NCBI GenBank assembly: GCA_963778115.1
Contig: CAVZSV010000004.1
Location: 1,280,001-1,344,000, forward strand
Reading direction: 5' to 3'
DNA from: an uncultured delta proteobacterium
GTDB lineage: Bacteria; Bdellovibrionota; FAC87; UBA2466
DNA length: 64,000 nucleotides
The stretch's first letter is position 1; the number at the start of each line of letters is the position of its first letter. Below the pieces are notes generated by a model. That model did not search any database. It was not told where the DNA came from and saw only the letters and a program-made list of their open reading frames with translations. Below, one piece after another: positions 1 through 10,123 of this stretch. Position numbers and translations under genes: made by a program.

Positions 1-2
1 AA

Positions 3-566
3 CGAGTGGGGGAAGAGGAGCCTCAGATTCAGCGAGTCAATCCTTGTTCCGGTTTTCGTCCCGGAACCGATTCAAAGTATTTCATCAACCTGTTAAGAGC
101 CTACCGAAATCGAATGGTAGCCTGGGACGCCGTTGGCCTTCCCTATGACGAAAATCGAAAGCATTTTGATGAACGCATGAATTACGGAAACTATGGCCTC
201 CGTCATGAAGCAGGCAATGCGTTTATGGGTATTCAAAATATTGTTATTAAAGCACTGCAACTGCGCTATGAACCAGACGAAGCTATTAAAGAATTCACGG
301 CCCGAAAAAGGGAAAGTTACGGTAAGCATATCATGGCCCTTCGCGACTTTTACACGTTAGGAATCGAAGATGGCATCACCGATCCCGCTTTTGCGCTTCT
401 TCGGTCTAGGTTGCAGAACATTCTTAATGGAAGTGCTTCTATCCTGGACTATGGCGTAATCCGTGAGACACTTAGAAGTACCCTTCCCTATTTCAAGGAT
501 GAAAACCAAGAGCAGAAAGATCTGATCCATATCATTCCGATAGAGGCCGACTACCAATATAATTGA
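3..566 (+). CDS. hypothetical protein, 5'-truncated by window edge
   Basis: Frame open to the window start; no recognisable motif. Confidence 0.6.
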   Translation, partial: RVGEEEPQIQRVNPCSGFRPGTDSKYFINLLRAYRNRMVAWDAVGLPYDENRKHFDERMNYGNYGLRHEAGNAFMGIQNIVIKALQLRYEPDEAIKEFTARKRESYGKHIMALRDFYTLGIEDGITDPAFALLRSRLQNILNGSASILDYGVIRETLRSTLPYFKDENQEQKDLIHIIPIEADYQYN

Positions 567-571
567 GTCTG

Positions 572-1339
572 CTAGGCACTCTTGCGATAGGTTCGAACCA
601 AACGAGGCTTGGGAAATTGAACGACTCCAAACCAACTTAATATCTTACAGACTACATAACCGAAATCGAACTCTCCTGCCCTTACCGAAAATTTAGCTTC
701 GTAAGGGCGATAGTGATGGTTATTTTGATAGCCTTCGCCAAAAACGAGCCACGCCACAACGGAATGGTTGGTGGATCTATCGGAGGTCTTGAAATTTCGG
801 TACCCGTAAGTATGGCCGAAACTATTTACCATCCACCCTTGAAACGGATGGCTAAGCATGCCGACCACATACGCAAGTCCCAGAATCTTATCTCCGGTCA
901 GTAGCACTAGAGCTATTCCTATAAACAGATGAAGCAAATGAGGAAGGAACCAAAGCCCTTCAAGGTTCAACCAGTGAATAGGAAATTTGAGATCCCGAAC
1001 TACATTCGTATATTTCATCCGCTTGGATTTTAATCCCTGCATCGTATCGCCATAGGACCAAAGCTGGACGAGAAGGAGCCTAAAGAACCCTCCATGCTTC
1101 GGACTATGAGGATCGCGCTTGGTGTCGGCATACAGATGATGAAGCCTGTGCATGCAGCTCCAGGTCTTAGGATCGAGACCCGTAACCCAGTTGCCCGTTC
1201 TTATGACAAAGCGCCGGGTTCGCGGAGGCAATACAATAGCTCGGTGGGTGAATCCACGATGGTAAAAGATTGAAGTATAGACAAGGTTTAAAGCGTAAGT
1301 CGCTGCGAATACCGCAGCACAAAGAATCGCGTAACCCAT
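572..1339 (-). CDS. acyl-CoA/fatty-acid desaturase (delta-9 type)
   Basis: Three His boxes HRGFTH, HRLHH, NNHH and TM segments; ATG at 1339 preceded by GGAGG. Confidence 0.92.
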   Translation of the reverse strand: MGYAILCAAVFAATYALNLVYTSIFYHRGFTHRAIVLPPRTRRFVIRTGNWVTGLDPKTWSCMHRLHHLYADTKRDPHSPKHGGFFRLLLVQLWSYGDTMQGLKSKRMKYTNVVRDLKFPIHWLNLEGLWFLPHLLHLFIGIALVLLTGDKILGLAYVVGMLSHPFQGWMVNSFGHTYGYRNFKTSDRSTNHSVVAWLVFGEGYQNNHHYRPYEAKFSVRAGEFDFGYVVCKILSWFGVVQFPKPRLVRTYRKSA

Positions 1340-1520
1340 GACAGACCTCCTTATCTGTATAGGGCGGGATACCTTTCTATTATAACGCATTAGGTCAATA
1401 AGCGTAATCGCCCCCAAAAAATGCGCTCTAGAATCCATACTTATGGCCAAATAAGTTTACGTTGTGTATAAAAAGCAATACTTGGGGACTATCCAAGCCG
1501 GGGGAATTGGGGGGATATCA

Positions 1521-1982
1521 ATGGCCGCAAAGTCAGTTTCTTGGGTAATCTTTCTGTTCGTGATAAGCGCTTCAGCCGCTTTCGCGCGGGGAAGGTGTGC
1601 GATTAGCAATAACTACATCACTATCGATGGAGAGGTAGCCTTCTACTTCTCGGATGAGACCGAACGTTCGAGTCAGTTAGCTCAATTAAAGCAGTCCGGA
1701 TTTTGCGGAATGAGTAACAGTGCGCGCTGCGGGGCCAACACCAATTTCGTTACGATGGACGGAGAAAATGCTCTGTTCTCATCCGATCCGCGAGAACTTA
1801 TTCGCATGCTCATTTCCCTAACAGAGTCAGGACTCTGTGTTGCGGACGCTTCGGTTACGGGATGTTCCGCGAACTCTCGGTATGTGACTCTGAAAGGCGA
1901 GCAGATCTATTACGCCAAAGATGCTACCAATCTGCTCAAGAAATTAATTGAACTTAAGCAAGCAGGGAAGTGCGAAGAGTAG
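1521..1982 (+). CDS. secreted protein with three ~45-aa Cys-flanked repeats
   Basis: Signal peptide MAAKSVSWVIFLFVISASAAFA; three repeats C-x4-[YF]-[IV]-T-x2-G-E...L-x2-[SA]-G-x-C. Confidence 0.7.
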   Translation: MAAKSVSWVIFLFVISASAAFARGRCAISNNYITIDGEVAFYFSDETERSSQLAQLKQSGFCGMSNSARCGANTNFVTMDGENALFSSDPRELIRMLISLTESGLCVADASVTGCSANSRYVTLKGEQIYYAKDATNLLKKLIELKQAGKCEE

Positions 1983-1992
1983 GGATTGAAGA

Positions 1993-2541
1993 TTAGTTGG
2001 TATTTTTCTTATCTTCCTCTAATGCGGTTTTGTACTGACGCGATTCCAGAAGTCGTTTCATATATTTGATAGGCCGCTTCTGGGTCATCGAAATTTTGTA
2101 ATCGGAAAGAGAGCCGCGCGCTCCGCAGTTATTTCTACAAGTGGGTAGGCCCTTAGGACCGTTTCGATCGGTGATAAAGAGATCTCCGTCTTTTTCTTCC
2201 AGCGTTAAAGTACAGCGATCCCCCCCATACGACTCTGGATCCCGATACGTAAATTTACCGGCCTCTTGGTGGGCAATACCTGAAGCCGTACAGCTATGAC
2301 CATTGTAGAAATCCAAATGGATTCTAAAGTACAGTTTATCTTCTCCCTGAGCGACAATCTCTATCACGTCCTCCGCCTGATAAGGCGTATCCGCTTCCCC
2401 CGGAGCCTTTCCCATGGCGATACTCGCCGACTTGAAGCGGTGTTTATAAACGCCTGCTAATTCGGAGGCCTTCGGCGCATCGGCGGAGAGAACGGGCCCC
2501 GGAAACCATGACATGACAATGCATAAGAAAAGTAAGCGCAT
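1993..2541 (-). CDS. secreted hypothetical protein
   Basis: Signal-like N-terminus MRLLFLCIVMSWFPGPVLSA; NGHSC and CRNNCGARG Cys motifs. Confidence 0.7.
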   Translation of the reverse strand: MRLLFLCIVMSWFPGPVLSADAPKASELAGVYKHRFKSASIAMGKAPGEADTPYQAEDVIEIVAQGEDKLYFRIHLDFYNGHSCTASGIAHQEAGKFTYRDPESYGGDRCTLTLEEKDGDLFITDRNGPKGLPTCRNNCGARGSLSDYKISMTQKRPIKYMKRLLESRQYKTALEEDKKNTN

Positions 2542-2578
2542 GGATAAAGAGTGAAAGCTCGAGGAAACTTTGGCAAGA

Positions 2579-3277
2579 CTAAACGGCAGTACGCGGACGA
2601 AATCCTCTGATCGCGCGAGAACGGGTCTGAAAGGATAATTGGGTCTGCACCATCTTCCCAAAGACTTCGAGAAGATTATCGTGAAGTGGCTTTATCTGAG
2701 GTTCCAACCGATCCAATAGGTAATGGATCGCTTCGATGGTGGAATAGCAATAGCTCGCTGGCTGCTTTCGTACCTCAAACCGAGAGGGTGTTGAAGGCGT
2801 GAAGCAAATAGTAGGAAGCCCCAAGAGATTCACACTTAACCTTCGCATCCGCTTGGCTTGAGACCAAGTCGCGTCGTAGAGAAAAACGACAAGTCGTTTG
2901 CCTTCTGGAAATAGCCGATGAGGCGCTTGTTGGGACGACAAAGTTAGATTGAGAGCATTCGCTCCGGGGTATAGAGCGACACAATGGTGGCTCGGATTTT
3001 GGAGAAGGGCGTTTACTCCTTCGTGCTCCGTAAAGTCAGTCCCTTCAAACAATAACGAATTTGCCAAACACAGATGCGCCATTCGACCAGTTGCGATACT
3101 ACGTTTTGCTTCCGCTTCGTGCATCAAGATGACAAATTGGATTTGAGGGACAAAGCAACGAATATCCCGACAAAAGCAGGTGGTCTTGGGTTTAAGACAA
3201 GAGGGACAACAAGAGCGAGGAGTCGGCTGCGAAGCCAGCCATTGCTTTCTTTTTTGAAGATATTGTTCTACGGTCAC
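2579..3277 (-). CDS. DTW-domain tRNA-uridine aminocarboxypropyltransferase (TapT/YfiP-like)
   Basis: N-terminal CxxC...CxC, DATW motif, STIEA motif. Confidence 0.9.
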   Translation of the reverse strand: MTVEQYLQKRKQWLASQPTPRSCCPSCLKPKTTCFCRDIRCFVPQIQFVILMHEAEAKRSIATGRMAHLCLANSLLFEGTDFTEHEGVNALLQNPSHHCVALYPGANALNLTLSSQQAPHRLFPEGKRLVVFLYDATWSQAKRMRRLSVNLLGLPTICFTPSTPSRFEVRKQPASYCYSTIEAIHYLLDRLEPQIKPLHDNLLEVFGKMVQTQLSFQTRSRAIRGFRPRTAV

Positions 3278-3289
3278 CCAAATATACTA

Positions 3290-4849
3290 TCACGAACGGA
3301 CGTTGGAAGCCGCGGAAACAGGCTCTGGAACCTTTGCTTGAACGGTGATAGGGGACGGCTTGATGAACTTGCCACGACAATTATCACACCGCTTACAGGG
3401 TTCCCCATCCATCTCACCAAAATACTCTCGGAAAAATTTGGCCCGACATTCCGTCGTTTGACCATATCTCATGATGGATTCGATGCGTTCTTTGTCGGAG
3501 GCGTGACGATCGTCATAGTGTTTGAGAAAACTTTCGAATTGATTAGCCGTTTCAAAGGTCTTGACCAACCGAACACCCCTTTTTCGTTTAATAACCCCCT
3601 CTTTTTCCAAGTAGGCTAGTAAGACACGTGCTTTATTTTTCGCTAAGCCTGAAGCTTCGATGACCAAGTCCAGTTTCAATTCCGCTTTGTTCTGTGAACT
3701 CAGTTTCAATAGGGTCATATACAGATGCGCCGCATCGGCTCGCGTCGGATACTTCCCACCTAAGAAATAAGAATGAATTCTCTTATCTTCGATCCGGTAA
3801 AGAAGGGCCGCTATCGCTTTCTTGCCATCACGACCCGCTCTGCCCGCTTCCTGATAGTAACTTTCCACCGAATCCGGGAAAGTATAGTGGATTACGAAAC
3901 GGACATCGGGCTTATCTATTCCAAGTCCAAACGCTTTGGTCGCCACCATCACTTGATAGCGATTCTCCATGAAATCATGCTGGAACAACTCTCTATCGCT
4001 CATCTTCATCTTGCCATGATATTTGCCGGCAACAATTCCGGCTCCCAAGAGTTTGGCGTGAAGATCGTTGGCAAGTTTCACCGTGCTCACGTAAACAATC
4101 CCATTTCCCTTGCTATCGTTTACAATTTGAATCAATCTTTTGAATTTCGCCTCTTCGTTCACCGTACGGTAAACATCAAATTCTAAATTCGGCCGGTCGA
4201 CGCCAGTGATGTAAACGGGAGCGGCCCTAGGAATATTAAGTTGTTCCAAAACATCGGCGATAATTTCTGGAGTCGCAGTGGCTGTTAGAGCCAAGACGGG
4301 CGGATTTCCTAACGCTTCTCGAGCTCTTCGAATGGAAAGATAGGCGGGACGAAAATCATGACCCCACTGCGAAACACAATGTGCTTCATCGACGACCAAT
4401 AGGGACACGCCGCCTCTACGCAAGGCCTCCAAAAAATCAGGATTTTCCAATCTCTCGGGGGTGACGTAAACGAGCTCGGTGTGCCCATTTTTGACATCTT
4501 TCACCGCTTGCCGATCTTCGCGTTCCGTAAGAGTAGAATCGATCTTACGAGCATCTACCCCGGCATTTTCCATCTTTTCCGTTTGGTCCTGCATGAGAGA
4601 GATAAGCGGTGAAACTACGATAGTAGCTTTAGGCAGAAATAAGGCAGGTAATTGATAACAGAGCGATTTTCCGGCTCCGGTAGCCATCACTCCAAAGGCA
4701 CTTCCGCCATTCATGACGGTCTCTATCAGTTCTCGCTGTCCGTTACGTAACCGTTTGATTCCAAAATGCTCGCGCGCCGATCGCGCTAGCTTTACCCAAT
4801 CCACGGCCGATTTTTTCTTCAAAGCCCCCACGGCGGGCAGTAAATGCAA
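3290..4849 (-). CDS. recQ: RecQ-family ATP-dependent DNA helicase
   Basis: TGAGKSLCYQ, DEAHCVSQWGHDFRP, YYQEAGRAGRDG, C-terminal CR...CKRCDNC Zn site. Confidence 0.95.
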   Translation of the reverse strand: MHLLPAVGALKKKSAVDWVKLARSAREHFGIKRLRNGQRELIETVMNGGSAFGVMATGAGKSLCYQLPALFLPKATIVVSPLISLMQDQTEKMENAGVDARKIDSTLTEREDRQAVKDVKNGHTELVYVTPERLENPDFLEALRRGGVSLLVVDEAHCVSQWGHDFRPAYLSIRRAREALGNPPVLALTATATPEIIADVLEQLNIPRAAPVYITGVDRPNLEFDVYRTVNEEAKFKRLIQIVNDSKGNGIVYVSTVKLANDLHAKLLGAGIVAGKYHGKMKMSDRELFQHDFMENRYQVMVATKAFGLGIDKPDVRFVIHYTFPDSVESYYQEAGRAGRDGKKAIAALLYRIEDKRIHSYFLGGKYPTRADAAHLYMTLLKLSSQNKAELKLDLVIEASGLAKNKARVLLAYLEKEGVIKRKRGVRLVKTFETANQFESFLKHYDDRHASDKERIESIMRYGQTTECRAKFFREYFGEMDGEPCKRCDNCRGKFIKPSPITVQAKVPEPVSAASNVRS

Positions 4850-4862
4850 CGTATGTGCCGTC

Positions 4863-4937
4863 CCACAGGAAGGTAGGCCGTACCTTTTTGTAGTGTTGCA
4901 GAATTCCCTACAAGAAGGTAGGCCCTACCTTCTTGTG
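4863..4937. repeat. doublet of ~30-nt REP-like palindromes
   Basis: CCACAGGAAGGTAGGCCGTACCTTTTTGTAG (4863-4893) and CTACAAGAAGGTAGGCCCTACCTTCTTGTG (4908-4937); third copy at 22494-22524. Confidence 0.85.
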
Positions 4938-7006
4938 ACTTTTCGGCCGCGCTTTCGGGGAGGAAGAAAAAATTGGCCGGGCTTGTTGCGTAAACGAACT
5001 CGCATCGCCTTTAAGAGCCGGCGAACTACACCTATGCGAACGTCACGAGCACGAACAGCGACCGCAAAGGCGAGAGAGTAAGATACCGCAAAGTTCAAGG
5101 CGCCGATGATAAAGATTCCGATGATGGGCAGTGCCGCCGCACGCCAATGAAAACTCACTGATGTCGCAAGCGTGCATAAAGCAAAGGTCAACTGACACGC
5201 CGAAAGAGTCACGTGCCTGACATCCAAAGGCAGCCCCAGAAACTTACCGGCAATGGGGGTAAAGCCTAACAGAAAGCCCAAGCTGATATTGCCCGCAAGC
5301 AAAGTAGCGTTATTGAGAAGCCATTTCCCCATCTTCCCGGCCCCCTTTTCGCCAAAGACTTGGATCAGTCTGCGATTGGTGGAAATGCCTTCAGGAATCC
5401 GCCGAAAAACGATCCAATTCTCAAACCATCCAGCAGTCAGACTGGAGAGAAAAAGATGAAGCCCGGTCAAAGACGCCGTAAATATAGTAAAGCTCTCGAT
5501 GGGATTTACCGACTGCAAAACGTGCTGCGCCGTTCCCGTTCCAATAAAATGATGGCCGGAACTAAAATAGATAGCCATATCGAGCATAATCGCCACAGGC
5601 ACTAACAGAAGGAGGTTTCCGACTAGTGCTGCAAATTGAGAACGTGTCATACGACAGGCTTCATCCACGAACTCTCTTACCTCCCCGTCTTCTTCTAAAG
5701 CGCGTAGTTTTCCTCCAAACGCGGATGCCGTCGCGGACGGCTGCTTGGTGGCAAGCGTAAAGCCCAGAAGCTGGAGAATCGAAAAAAAGAACGAATAGTT
5801 TAGAGAGAAAAATAGGCCTTCAATAAAGAGTGGCGCGCCCAGAGCCATGATAGAGAATTTAACAAGGGTGGTCCCAATCATCATCACCCCGCCCCCCAGC
5901 CCCTTACGAATCATTTGAAAGTATTCGCCTCTGGTAGAAGTAATATAGTGCTCGCCAGTCGCACCCGCTCTTTCAATTATTTTTCTTGAGAGGAGTCGGG
6001 TATTGGTGCGAACCAGATCCGTAAAGGTCTTCTGCGAAAGGCGCTCTTCGACCAACTTAGACAAAAACTGCAAAATTAGTATCGGCCGTTCGTCATCGGC
6101 CGGCCGGAGCAACTTCACCAGGAAATCGACCCGGTGAGTGGCGTCTATCAGATTCTCCAGAATATAAACCAAAGCTACGTTCACCCCGGACTCCTCTAGC
6201 GCCAGATAGATCTCACGTATCTGACGACGGCAGGAGTAGGTTTCTCTCAGGCACTTATCCGCTAATTCCGAAACCTTCCCGCCCGACCGGCTTGTCTCAG
6301 CTAATTGTTGAAGAGAGTGATTGAGACGAATAAAGGGCAACTCGTGAACCTCTTCGATCCGAGCGCGACCTCGAACTTCCGGTAACGTTCCTAAGGATCC
6401 GATCCGCATTCCCAAGATCAGCAGCGAATCATTGGTATCGCGCTGCCACTGGGCAAAAACCTTTTCCGAAGGAGGCGCTCCAAAATGAACCAGATCGATG
6501 ATCTGTTTCAAGAGAGCGGACGGGACATGCCTTACCCAGATAGCATCATTTCCGTCTTCGAAAATGCGAACGAAAAGCTCCGATAGCTCGGTATTTTCAC
6601 TGGGTCTGGGTAAGATTCTGCGAAGAAAAATGTCGGCCGCTTCCGCCATGAACCCATGTTGTTGGCCCAAACCTACTTGCGTGAAAAGATTGAGAGCGGA
6701 AGTCTGTTCAATGAGGGATCTCAGGATGCTAGCTGATTGTTTTTTCCATTCGGGGTTACGATCCAACAGGTGAAGAAGAAATTTGAGACGAACGTTATGA
6801 AGCTGACCGGTCTCTTTATCAAACTCGTGGGCATGTTGGCTGGCCGTTCGAACCCACAACATTAGTTTTTCAAGCCATTCCACTCTCGCCGATAAGGTCA
6901 TATCAGCGCTCGCATGTCCCAGAAGATCATAGAGCTGATCCCGCTCATAAGTGGGTCTAACGAGAGTTACGATCTTGTGTGAGATCTTACGAACGGTTCT
7001 GAACAT
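4925..7006 (-). CDS. Gcr-family ('site-specific recombinase'-annotated) membrane protein
   Basis: TGEHYITSTRGEY, GFTLATKQP, LPLDVRHVTLS motifs; multi-TM C-terminal half. Confidence 0.85.
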   Translation of the reverse strand: MFRTVRKISHKIVTLVRPTYERDQLYDLLGHASADMTLSARVEWLEKLMLWVRTASQHAHEFDKETGQLHNVRLKFLLHLLDRNPEWKKQSASILRSLIEQTSALNLFTQVGLGQQHGFMAEAADIFLRRILPRPSENTELSELFVRIFEDGNDAIWVRHVPSALLKQIIDLVHFGAPPSEKVFAQWQRDTNDSLLILGMRIGSLGTLPEVRGRARIEEVHELPFIRLNHSLQQLAETSRSGGKVSELADKCLRETYSCRRQIREIYLALEESGVNVALVYILENLIDATHRVDFLVKLLRPADDERPILILQFLSKLVEERLSQKTFTDLVRTNTRLLSRKIIERAGATGEHYITSTRGEYFQMIRKGLGGGVMMIGTTLVKFSIMALGAPLFIEGLFFSLNYSFFFSILQLLGFTLATKQPSATASAFGGKLRALEEDGEVREFVDEACRMTRSQFAALVGNLLLLVPVAIMLDMAIYFSSGHHFIGTGTAQHVLQSVNPIESFTIFTASLTGLHLFLSSLTAGWFENWIVFRRIPEGISTNRRLIQVFGEKGAGKMGKWLLNNATLLAGNISLGFLLGFTPIAGKFLGLPLDVRHVTLSACQLTFALCTLATSVSFHWRAAALPIIGIFIIGALNFAVSYSLAFAVAVRARDVRIGVVRRLLKAMRVRLRNKPGQFFLPPRKRGRKVTRR

Positions 7007-7038
7007 CCCTCTAATCTATCAGGCGGACTTAGCCTTCA

Positions 7039-7671
7039 CTACTTCAATATTTCCTGCAGGAGACGTTTAGTCGCATAGAAAGCGCGTGCTGGAAACATCT
7101 CGCCGGTAACGGGACAACGGCTGGAGAGTTTTCCCGTTCCCGTAGGCCGGAGCTGTAAATAATCAACCGAAGATCCCAAGTTGGGGAAACTCGCCATCTC
7201 CCCATTGCAGACGGTATGTCTTACATCTTCCCAGAACGACTTGAGCGCCATCACAAGTCGCGCTTCCGTGATATCGACACGATTTACGAAGACAGCCCGG
7301 CAGTCATCGGACGAAAGGTTCGTATAACCGACCACCACGAGTCGTTCTAATTTGTTCCATAGGGCTGAGTTTTCGAACGTCTCTTCTAGAATATTCTTCG
7401 GGTTAAGATTGGTGACCTTGATGGTCTCTTTGGGCACCCAACTTGCGCCGCGACGCAACAATACCGTTGACTTCAGTTCGAAATCGCTCCCGTCACGTCG
7501 TTGGGCATTGGACACCGGAAGTTCGGCGACTCGCTCAATAGTCTGCCCGACCCATCCCTTATTTCTTACGCCGCTTTTGTAAACCGTGACTCCGTGGGTC
7601 TCAGCCAATTCATAGAGATTTTTTCCCGGCAAAATCGCCCGGAGGCGGTCGACGACGACAACGGCGTTCAT
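7039..7671 (-). CDS. MutH/Sau3AI-family endonuclease
   Basis: NKGWVGQTIE...DFELKS...PKETIKVT (PD-(D/E)XK), YLQLRP, RAFY motifs as in MutH; start could extend to 7713. Confidence 0.8.
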   Translation of the reverse strand: MNAVVVVDRLRAILPGKNLYELAETHGVTVYKSGVRNKGWVGQTIERVAELPVSNAQRRDGSDFELKSTVLLRRGASWVPKETIKVTNLNPKNILEETFENSALWNKLERLVVVGYTNLSSDDCRAVFVNRVDITEARLVMALKSFWEDVRHTVCNGEMASFPNLGSSVDYLQLRPTGTGKLSSRCPVTGEMFPARAFYATKRLLQEILK

Positions 7672-8155
7672 AGAGCGACCATAGCCTAAGTTTTCGCCCG
7701 CTAAAAGAGACATCGGGCCATCGTTTGTGGAGTAAACAACGGCCCGGTGTCTCTTTAGTCATGGGGAGAGGGACGTCGGCAAACAAACTGCCCCGGCTTA
7801 AGACCTTCTTTACTTCAAGTCTTGTACCAGAACCCACTAGCTATACGGAACCGGGAATTCGATCTCAGGTTTGATGATTTCCCATACGACATTGAAGTCG
7901 ACATCGGGAGGTAGCGAAATGCTTGTGAGATTTCGAGACGGCTTAGAGGGTATCCAATGTAAAAAGCTTGTCAGCGTGGCCAAGCTTTCAGCAGAGCAGT
8001 GTGCCTGAGGGACGCTTTTGGTCACTTTATTTCTAAAAGAGACTTGGGGAATACGATATGTCTGTCCTTGCGAGAAGAGATCAGCAAATCGCTAGGCCCA
8101 GGCCTACGTCTTACGTTCAGTTTCACGTCGACGTAGACTTGGACATGAGCAACCC

Positions 8156-10114
8156 TTATTCGTACCTAAGCGCCGTAATCGGATTTAGTCGAGAAGCTTT
8201 CACCGCGGGCCATACGCCGAAGACAATTCCGATAAGGGCCGAGAACAATGTCGAAAGGACAATAGAATCCAGCGAAACCGATGTCGCCCAATGAGCAATG
8301 GCCGACATCGCAAAGGTGAGCAGGCAACCCAAGACTATTCCAATGAGCCCCCCAGAAAGGCTAATCACCATCGCTTCGATGAGAAACTGAGAAAGAATAT
8401 CCTTGCGCATGGCCCCCACGGCCTTTCTCAGTCCTATCTCTCTGGTTCGTTCGGTTACCGAAACGAGCATGATGTTCATAATGCCGATTCCGCCGACCAA
8501 TAGAGAAATGGCTGCGATCGAGGCCAGTAGAAAGGCCATGGTTCGGCTACTTTCGGCGAGTGCATTTTGAACGTCAGCCATATTTCGGATCTGGAAAGGC
8601 TCTTGCTGCGACGGAGGGACTCGATGCGTGCGGATCATGAATTCGTTCACATCGGTTTCCATCCGGTCCGCTTGGCTCGCTTCGTTCATCTCCATGTCGA
8701 TTTCATCCACGTAGATCTTGCCCAAAAGACGCTTCATTCCCGTCATGAGAGGTAACATAATGATGTCGTCAGCATCACGCCACCCGTTATTGCCTTTCTC
8801 GGGAAGAATTCCGATCACCTGGAAAGGAACTTTATTAATCTTGATATACTCTCCTATAGGATCCGCATCTCCAAAAAGCTGATTCACTATCGTAAGGCCA
8901 ATAACCGCAACCCGAACCCGTTTTTTATTTTCCTCGTCATCGAAAAATCGTCCCACCACCGGAACCGTGGCTCGCATGGGCGCATACTCAGGTACCGTGG
9001 CAAGAAGTGTCGTGCTCCAATTCTTGTCGAGATAGGTAACTTGCCCCTTCCCGTTCACTTGAGGAGCAATATATTTTATTTCATCCGGAAAGGCCTGGGT
9101 TAAGGCGTTGGCGTCATCCACGGTAAGTCGGGTAATCGAGCCCGCATCCATCGCGACTCCGGAAACTCGGAAAGCGCCCGGACGAAGCGTCAGTAAATTG
9201 GATCCCAAAGAAGCTAGCTGAACTTCAATGGCTTTTTGAGCGCCACGCCCCAGAGCCAGCATCGCAATGACCGCGGCAACCCCAATAAGAATACCCAACA
9301 TGGAAAGAGCCGACCGTACTTTATTCGCGGAGAGTGCGGTTAACCCTTCTCCAAAGTGAGTCACCCATTCGGTGAAGATCTCTTTAATACCGGGAGTATT
9401 TTCTTCAGGAAAAGCCTCTTCTTTGGCTTTCCTATTTTGCTCTGACTCCAGACGCTCGTCCGAATAGATCAAGCCATCTTTCATACGGATGATACGTTTA
9501 GCGTTTCGAGCAACGTCCTCTTCGTGGGTAACCACGATAATCGTAATCCCCTGGGCATTTAGACCTTTTAAAATAGCTAAGATCTCTTCGCCGCTCTTCG
9601 AGTCTAAATTTCCCGTCGGTTCGTCCGCTAAGATAATCCGCGGATCATTGATAAGGGATCTCGCTATTGCGACACGTTGCTGCTGCCCTCCCGAAAGTTC
9701 GTTGGGCTTGTGCTGAGTCCGTTCTCCTAGGCCCACTTGTCCCAAGAGTTGTCCGGACTTCTCCAGATCCACACGACGCTGGGAATAGAGCTGAGGAAGC
9801 CCGACGTTTTCCGCGGCGGAAGTGCGAGCTAAGAGATTAAACTGTTGGAAGACAAATCCTATCGATTTTCGGCGTAAAATAGCCAGTTCGTCGTCAGTCA
9901 GCTTAGAGACCTCTCGGTTCATCAGATGGTATGTCCCGTCATCAGGAACATCGAGCAGTCCCAGAATATGCATCAACGTGGATTTCCCCGAACCCGAGGG
10001 GCCCATGATAGCAACGAACTCTCCCGGCTCTATCGTGAGAGAAACTCCGGCCAAAGCCCTTACCACCTCTTCGCCCATGGTATAGGTCTTTTTGATGTTT
10101 TTAATTTCGATCAT
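8156..10114 (-). CDS. macB: MacB-type ABC transporter ATPase-permease fusion
   Basis: [48 protein letters not shown]. Confidence 0.93.
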   Translation of the reverse strand: MIEIKNIKKTYTMGEEVVRALAGVSLTIEPGEFVAIMGPSGSGKSTLMHILGLLDVPDDGTYHLMNREVSKLTDDELAILRRKSIGFVFQQFNLLARTSAAENVGLPQLYSQRRVDLEKSGQLLGQVGLGERTQHKPNELSGGQQQRVAIARSLINDPRIILADEPTGNLDSKSGEEILAILKGLNAQGITIIVVTHEEDVARNAKRIIRMKDGLIYSDERLESEQNRKAKEEAFPEENTPGIKEIFTEWVTHFGEGLTALSANKVRSALSMLGILIGVAAVIAMLALGRGAQKAIEVQLASLGSNLLTLRPGAFRVSGVAMDAGSITRLTVDDANALTQAFPDEIKYIAPQVNGKGQVTYLDKNWSTTLLATVPEYAPMRATVPVVGRFFDDEENKKRVRVAVIGLTIVNQLFGDADPIGEYIKINKVPFQVIGILPEKGNNGWRDADDIIMLPLMTGMKRLLGKIYVDEIDMEMNEASQADRMETDVNEFMIRTHRVPPSQQEPFQIRNMADVQNALAESSRTMAFLLASIAAISLLVGGIGIMNIMLVSVTERTREIGLRKAVGAMRKDILSQFLIEAMVISLSGGLIGIVLGCLLTFAMSAIAHWATSVSLDSIVLSTLFSALIGIVFGVWPAVKASRLNPITALRYE

Positions 10115-10123
10115 GAGAAAATA

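Noticed and set aside
4863..4937. Mini CRISPR array
   Set aside because: Only two units with a 14-nt gap, no cas genes, and a dispersed third copy; fits a REP-like repeat better
4925..7006. Integrase marking a mobile island
   Set aside because: No tyrosine or serine recombinase catalytic motifs or att sites seen; the protein is largely membrane-embedded
7837..8025. HepT/DUF86 toxin remnant (DVDFNVVWEII)
   Set aside because: Match of only ~11 residues, no RxxxxH motif and no partner nucleotidyltransferase
8104..8139. CTACGTC...GACGTAG hairpin after macB
   Set aside because: Short imperfect stem without a U-tract; cannot be called a terminator or repeat
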